Assembly: GCA_051294905.1 (NCBI GenBank)
Contig: CM119371.1
Span: 11,906,001-11,970,000, forward strand
Source of the DNA: Botryllus schlosseri
Taxonomy: Eukaryota
DNA: 64,000 bases
Direction of reading: 5' to 3'
The translations under genes and the position numbers were made by a program. Positions 61,732 to 64,000 of the stretch are shown here, piece after piece; position 1 is the stretch's first letter, and every line of letters starts with the position of its first letter. The notes beneath the pieces were generated by a model. That model did not search any database. It worked only from the letters and a program-made list of their open reading frames with translations, and was not told the DNA's origin.

Positions 61732-63379
61732 CCATACAGTTATAGTGTCATTCGATGTTATTTAGCTAGATTCCTTTCATCAGCATAAATAAATCATCTT
61801 GTCTTCTAGTGCAGTGCTCTTCTTCGTCGTGGTAGACCCTTTTCACACTTACTCGAAAGTCGCACACCCCTGAGCACACTATATACCGATTCCGTAGCAA
61901 GCCTAATCCAGGGGTGTTCAACGTACTTCACGGTCGCAATTCGATTACATGCCGCATTCCAGTAGAGGGTCGTCATGGCCCACCTGGACGACGAATGCTC
62001 ATGTTAAATTAGCTACCGTGAACATTGGACTGCAAAGAGCCCGTGTGGTGTTCTGTGCCATCATTGTTTTCTTGCGACTTATCTTGCGTACAAAAGTTTC
62101 TCAATGTAGAAGAAGAACACCTCCGCAAATTTACTATGCAATAAAATCGCGAGTATTACTGTTAGGAAAAGTTATCGGGATTCGTTTTCTAGACGCGCGG
62201 GGCGCGAATATTATTAAACCTCGCATTATTTGTATTGAGTTTTTCCGCACCCTCGATGTACCTAATTGTTGCCCTGGTTTTCTTTTCTTCCGTTCTTGTC
62301 ATGTGGTAGTTGCCCCTCGAAAACGCGCGTGTGTATAGTAGTTGTGCGCTTTTGATTCTGAAGTGAAGTAGTCATTGAAAATCGTGGGACCGCCACCACA
62401 ATGAAACTGACTGATTGGCAATTTCTAGCATCCTCTTGTCTTCTATGTTTAGAAAACCAAATCTTCTGAGTAGCGATTCATCAGTTGCACATCTAGTCCA
62501 CTCGGTACCTTGGCAATGATACCGAGAATCCGATGCTGTAGTCCAGTGGTTCTCAATCGCGGGTCCGCGAAGCAATTTCATGGGGTCCGCGAGACCTCTA
62601 AATTTTTAAAATGATTTTTAACCTTTTTTGTAATTTTTTAATTTAGGGAAAGCATGAAGCAGTTTTCCTTCCACAACTGATAAAACCTAATTACTCACAT
62701 CATCAGAATAATCGTATGACACGAAATATCCTACTGTGCAAATTCCTTTCAATTGCCATATTGCTGATAACCTACTTATAAAAACATATTGCTCTTTCGA
62801 GACGTTTTGTTGAGGTTTGTATAAAAAATAAAAATAGTGACAAAGTAACATCAATCATGGTGACTTCTTAGTCGGTGTCATCAAATTAGTTAAGTCGTTT
62901 GAAATAAAAACTCCTAAAGTATTTTTACTAGTTTTCCCAATGAAGGAATTGAAACCTCGCCATGAAGTCCATTTTATCCTGCACTTGTTCATATCAAATC
63001 GAAGACGCGGATTTTCAAGACCACGTAGGCCTACTTTGAGAAATACAGCTGCAAAGTTGGCGTTGAAATAATAAAAGTCCACCTAATTTCAAAATAAATA
63101 GTATGATGTCATTATCAAGAAAAGTCATTTTGTTGCTGTTTATCACAAACCTAGAAAGGCTGCATCTGGACACTTTGAAACTGTATGCTATATGAAATAC
63201 AGCAATATACCCAATCTAGTGGTTAAGGATTGTAGTTTTCGGACTTCCTACTACCATGTTCTGACTTCACGAAAATTGCCGATATTTTTTCACCTCCAAT
63301 TGCCGATACGGATAATTCTTTCAAAGTGTGATATCAACTCGATATTATCGGCGAATTGATAATCGGCCAGGCTCTAATC

Positions 63380-64000
63380 ACAACAAATATTTCGCGATTG
63401 GAGCTTCTCTCTTTATCTTTGCCGCTTTCGTATCGTCTGGCGCTTGCTGGGCGGGCACTGATGTCTAATATTTAATTGCATACGCTGAAGGACTCTTATC
63501 AATCCATCCGGTCCGTTTCACAACCAGACTTGAATCCACAGGATGTCTATTGTCCATTCATCAGAAAGCCAACTTTATCAAAGCCATGCATTTCTGTTAT
63601 CTACGGGTAACGGAGCACTATACTATATAAACCACCTTATACATTGCGCCACCTCGCATTAATTCTTGTCATTCTTGGTTACACTTCGTGGAGAGTGATA
63701 GGATATCGGCAATTAGGGTAGGCTATTTGTCGTATTAGTTCTGGTAATTCTTGGTTATACTTCGTAAAGAGAGGAAGGGTATTATATTAGGAATTAATAG
63801 ACTGGCATGTAGATATACAGAATAAGTGAACACATGTATTTCATGCGTACGAATCCCACATTCTGTTATCAATTTATTGAGAACCTTATTTAAATATTTA
63901 TTGCAAGAACGCGGATTCAAAAAGTATTATTCTGTTCATTTCAGTTATATGAAATATATAATAGGCTATTATTCGCTCTGAAATAAAGAAAAGACTATGG
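63380..64000 (+). pseudogene. Copy 3 (5' part, runs off the window) of the unidentified gene
   Basis: Homologous to ~57606-58120 and ~1560-1775; first segment open (LKDSYQSIRSVSQPDLNPQDVYCPFIRKPTLSKPCISVIYG) but ATG absent and next acceptor mutated. Confidence 0.5.

Overview
Eukaryotic genomic DNA, most likely from an invertebrate animal (GT-AG introns, tRNA-derived SINEs, dense nested transposons). No prokaryotic genes, rRNA or CRISPR arrays were seen. Manual splicing gives two host genes. (1) A four-exon PIM-family Ser/Thr kinase on the minus strand (28982->20759, 338 aa when restored). Its last exon is split at the DLW motif by a 5.6-kb Buster-type hAT transposon (20977-26618, perfect TIRs and 8-bp TSD), which itself holds four nested MITEs and a transposase with a nonsense codon. 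(2) An intact six-exon gene on the plus strand (44205-47055, 427 aa) encoding a strongly divergent forkhead (FoxN/FoxR-like) domain that is not recognisable in the ORF track. The window also has three decayed copies of an unidentified spliced gene, two Chapaev3-like transposase remnants that serve as each other's empty sites, a solo LTR, LINE 3' fragments, SINEs, about 20 non-autonomous hAT elements (most with verifiable 8-bp TSDs), a 42-bp palindromic mini-element and several tandem duplications. Family names rest on motif recognition only; no database search was run.
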